A DNA stretch of 63,769 nt, counting the filler, from Octopus bimaculoides (lineage: Eukaryota), in assembly GCF_001194135.2 (NCBI RefSeq). It is 4 parts of 4 records of this genome, joined end to end, with 100 filler letters (N's around TTAATTAATTAA, not from the genome) between each part and the next. Parts side by side here need not be neighbours in the genome. Positions count along the whole stretch, not along the records: positions 50,491 to 61,195 come from NC_068992.1; positions 61,296 to 63,769 come from NW_026303931.1; 2 more parts are not named here. The stretch is one strand, 5' to 3'. Shown here in pieces: positions 59,702 to 63,769 of this stretch; position 1 is the first letter of the stretch; the number at the start of each line of letters is the position of its first letter. The position numbers and the translations under genes were made by a program. Under the pieces are notes generated by a model that was given only the letters and a program-made list of their open reading frames with translations, was not told the DNA's origin and searched no databases.

Positions 59702-61195
59702 TTCAGGTGCCACCAGAAATAGTCATCTCCTTACTGGCAGCGGCCGTGTTGTACAGCATAGAGGAGAGATGTAAATTTTTTGAAATACAGAGACATAAAG
59801 AAGAAAATTGGTATGGTACAGGGACGGAAATCTTATTGCATGTGGATTTTGTAACTGCACAAGAGATTCCAGATCTCATTGAGCTTCCTGGAGGTTCAAA
59901 GTTATTTGTAGCGGTAGAGGGCAGAAAGCCTAGATGCCACATTTGTGGCCGAACAAACAACTTAAAGGCTTTCCTCTCTAGACAATCAAAAGAGAAAAAC
60001 ACTGCTGCAGACACCTCCAACACACCGCCAACAACAACAACAAAAGCAACAGCAACAGTACCAGTAGAAGCAGGTGGCCACTGGAGGATCGCAAACAATA
60101 GCAGCAGTAGCAGCAGTAACACCAATCACAGCAACATCGACAGCAACAGGAGCAGCAGCAGAAGCAGCAGCAGTAGCAGCAACAACAGCAAACAAAATAA
60201 ACTACTCACTCACGTCTATGCTTTCCAAGCACCAAACAGCAACGAAACAACAGTATCAGCACCCCCAAAACAACAACAACCTTACCAACAAAACACAACC
60301 GAAAGGCCCCACAAGATTTGCCTCTACCCTTCCCCGAACACTCATCAGACATGTCCTGCGCAGAGTGGGAGGAAGAAGGACCTAAATGGCAATAAGTCGC
60401 CAGATCTAAGAAAAAAAAAGTGACAAAAATTTACCAACTGAAACAAAAAATCTGGCAGATATGATGACAGTGAGCAGACACACGATAAAGCAAACATACA
60501 AACACCTTCCTCATAAACAACCACACCAGCACCGTCAACAACAGCAACAACAGCATCTCCATCAGCATCGTCAGCATCACCGCAACATCACCACTTCGCA
60601 CACACCACTGGAGCGCCTACTATTCCGCTTTCTGTGGAAGGGGCGCGTTCCACTGGTCAAATGCTTTATTTGCCGTCAACACCCGCTAGATGGAGGGCTG
60701 GGCATGCTGTGGCTATTGATGCGCACGCATGTGCTCAGGCTGCGGCGTCTGCGTTTCCTAGACGGTGAGCAGATGTAGTTGCCATTTGCCAGATGCGATT
60801 TCTCACAGCTTGTCTCTTGATTGAGCTGCAGTCCTGGATCAAATGTAAACAGAGGAAGGGCGCCTGGCATCTAGAGTGTCGTCAGACGCTCACACTCCTC
60901 TATCAGTTGGGCAATGCGGTCGGTGGAAATTCCACTATGGCGTTCTATAGACGGTTAGTGGCGGGTAAGTGCGACGACGTTCTCGGAGAGACTCTGGTCG
61001 TCGACAAGAACGAGTTGGCTGCTTTGTTCCGGAGAATTTTCAAGCCTGGGCCTATGGATAATTTCCAGAGATCCTTGGCCTGGCAGTGCTACCGAGGAGC
61101 ACTACCTGTTCGAGATGGTCGTCGACAAGAACGAGTTGGCTGCTTTGTTCCGGAGAATTTTCAAGCCTGGACCTATGGATAATTTCCAGAAATCT
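59702..61195 (+). mobile_element. Internally deleted Tx1-like LINE (ORF1 fragment + ORF2 3' part)
   Basis: ORF1 LFVAVEGRKPRCHICGRTNNLKAF (degenerate zinc knuckle), low-complexity linker, then LERLLFRFLWKGRVPLVK...HPLDGGLGM and FQRSLAWQCYRGALPVR. An 80-bp duplication lies at 60995-61074 / 61116-61195. Confidence 0.8.
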
Positions 61196-61295
61196 NNNNN
61201 NNNNNNNNNNNNNNNNNNNNNNNNNNNNNNNNNNNNNNNTTAATTAATTAANNNNNNNNNNNNNNNNNNNNNNNNNNNNNNNNNNNNNNNNNNNN
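61196..61295. other. Artificial scaffolding spacer N44-TTAATTAATTAA-N44
   Basis: Identical to 30633-30732. Confidence 0.95.
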
Positions 61296-61358
61296 GAGAG
61301 AGAGAGAGAGAGAGAGAGATAGGTAGATAGGTAGATAGATATATAGATAGATAGATAA

Positions 61359-61409
<51 letters not shown>

Positions 61410-61778
61410 AATAGATAGATCGATAGACATAGACAGGTAGATAGATAGACAGATAGATATATAAATATATAGATAGAGAGATACGCTAACGTACTCTGTT
61501 CTATGTTGCAATAGACAGCTTTCACCTTCCACTACTTGACAATCCACAAAAACCCCTTCTTCCCCACTGACGCTATCTCTATCACCACCAACACCACCAA
61601 TACCACCACCACTACCTTCACTTTCACCCCCCCTACTCCTACCACGCAGCATGTTTTCTTAATTCTGACGTTATTGGTAATAAAACAGTCAAGGAATCGA
61701 TTTATTGCTATTAAGACTCATTCATTTAAACATACATATTTATATACATGTACATACGTACAGGCGTGCGTGTATATA

Positions 61779-61813
<35 letters not shown>

Positions 61814-62054
61814 NNNNNNNNNNNNNNNNNNNNNNNNNNNNNNNNNNNNNNNNNNNNNNNNNNNNNNNNNNNNNNNNNNNNNNNNNNNNNNNNNNNNNNN
61901 NNNNNNNNNNNNNNNNNNNNNNNNNNNNNNTTATATAGTTATTTATTTATGTAGCTGATAGAAAGATATATATATATCGATAGATATCTTTTTATTATAG
62001 CCACACAGGGCTAAATACAGAAAATGGACAAATTACAATGTGGAGCTTTTCTTG

Positions 62055-62180
62055 GGGGGGGGGGATAATTTCGATCAAAAGGGATCGCGTAAAAAAAAGT
62101 GGGGTATTTCGATCAAAAAGGATCGCAGAAAGGGATCGCGGGAAAAAAGGGGGGGGGGGCATCAATAGGGATCGTGTATC
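62055..62180. repeat. Degenerate tandem repeat of tcgatcaaaa/gggatcgc units separated by G and A runs
   Basis: Four GGATCG and two TTTCGATCAAAA copies. Confidence 0.6.
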
Positions 62181-63204
62181 ACAGTCAATGTAAAAAAAAA
62201 ACGGGGAACAGATAGATAGATAGATGGATGGATACATGGATGGATGGATTACAAGCATAATACTTTGCAATTATAACGAAAATTTCCGTTTTGTGCAAAT
62301 CAATTAGCTGATATTCCAGTGTAAGTGAAAAGAATTAGGTTCGGTGCAATAATATAACACTACAGCTACAGCGAAGAAGAACATATTGAAATAGATAATG
62401 TAGTATATACTTCTTTGGACATGATTATCAGCCTACCAATCAGAAAGTCATAAAAATATACGGACACGTGATACCTCATCAACAGAACACCAAAGAAGTC
62501 ATGTGAATTACGTTGTTTATAAGCAAATGTGATGGAGAAATCGGTTATGCTTGGAGGAAGTGGTAGCATGATGATCAAAAATACACTCGATCTCGCAAGA
62601 ATTTTTGAATTTCCAAAATTCTTATTAAAACTGGCATTTTAAAATCCTACTTAGATAAACAAGTTGATGTTGTAAGTATATGAATATATATTCCGCAGTT
62701 CCGACTATTAAATACGAATATATTTCAATTCTGCAAATTGATCAGCGGAGAGTTCAAAAGAAATATATATATATATATATATATAAATATCATTAGGTTT
62801 TGTCTATTGGCATAATGATGTATAAATATAGCTAAAACAATGAGATACTTGCAAGGAAGTACAAACCTTATATTGAGCCAGGCGCAATTTTTAGATAATT
62901 CAAACTTTCTATTAAGCCAGGCATAATTTTTCTAGTTTATACGATAATCACTCGGACTATCACTGGGTTTTTTAGTATATCACTTATATAAGATCGAATT
63001 ACCTTGTGGTTTTTAGTTTTCCACCGTACTGTAACAAATTTACTACTGCAATTACTGGTGTTGCACCACCGGAAACAGGGACTTATTAATATTCACCGAT
63101 AAATTGTTTCCATCCAATGCTCACATTTGTATTACTGTGAATACAGCTCACGTGGAGGAAATGAAATTCTACATTTTAAATACAAAATATTAGCCACAGG
63201 TGTA

Positions 63205-63365
63205 GACGTGTGGTAAGAAGTTTGCTTCCCAATTTCATGGTTCCACGTTCAATCCTACTAAATGGTAACTTGGGCGAGTGTTTTCTGCTGCCGCCTCGGA
63301 CCGACTAAAGCGTTGTGAGCGGATCTGGTAGAGAGAAACCGAAAGAAGCCCGTCGTATACACGCA
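63205..63365 (+). mobile_element. tRNA-derived head of SINE family A
   Basis: gtgtggtaagaagtttgcttccc...ggttccacgttcaatcc...gaaagaagcccgtcgtata. Confidence 0.7.
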
Positions 63366-63481
63366 CATACATATACATATTATATTTAAGTGTCGGGTAT
63401 GTTCATTGTCTATGTCTACCTGGCGTGTCATCCACGGTATTCATAAATAGTATATATTTAACGAGATACCCCATATAACAT

Positions 63482-63586
63482 CCCCTGCGGAGATGCGTCT
63501 GCATCGTGCGATGCACCACACCCAGTTGTGCAGTATCCCACCCGCGAGGGATCGATGCAGGATGCGTCGAAACGATCGTTGTGAAC
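63482..63586 (+). ncRNA. Hammerhead-like fold with CUGCGGA core and branched stem II
   Basis: CUGCGGA(63485-91)-GAUGC...CUGCAUCG[two hairpins]CGAUGCAG...GCGUC-GAAA(63569-72)-CG(au)CG-U-U. AATAAA follows at 63587. Stem I is weak (3 of 4 pairs). Confidence 0.5.
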
Positions 63587-63716
63587 AATAAAGTCTCTTG
63601 TATACAGTAATCCCTAGCCATATAGCATATCACGGTTCACTTATCGCGGTATATTTTGGAGCGTAACACCTACGATAATCGTAGGATTATTGTATTTCAT
63701 TTTTCATCCCCCTCAC

Positions 63717-63769
<53 letters not shown>

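Overview
AT-rich, microsatellite- and gap-riddled eukaryotic DNA. The repeat families and base composition suggest an octopus genome; this is an inference. One complete protein-coding gene is present: PSMD6/Rpn7, a 26S proteasome lid subunit. It has 8 coding exons on the + strand (3235-14630), encodes 390 aa, and all introns are GT-AG with consistent phases. A probable orphan terminal exon of a second, convergent gene lies on the - strand at 29045-29148. The rest is transposon debris: RTE, CR1-like, Tx1-like and R4/Dong-type non-LTR fragments, Tc1/mariner pieces and tRNA-derived SINEs. Three artificial 100-bp scaffolding spacers (N44-TTAATTAATTAA-N44) make adjacency across 30.7, 50.4 and 61.2 kb uncertain. 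The most interesting signal is missed by the ORF track. At least seven unrelated loci carry type I hammerhead-ribozyme folds of the Penelope-like pseudo-LTR kind. Several MITE-looking foldbacks (13.0, 22.9 and 24.2 kb) are inverted pairs of hammerheads pointing outward from the centre, and a fourth (13.7 kb) has one central hammerhead. Their cores vary: canonical CUGAUGA and CUGAAGA, a compensatory G3:C8 swap (GUGAACA), and atypical CUGUUGA, CUGCGGA and AUAGAUGA. Both sense-strand copies inside PSMD6 intron 7 are damaged, while the antisense copy is intact. All folds were derived by eye and none has been tested for activity or novelty.
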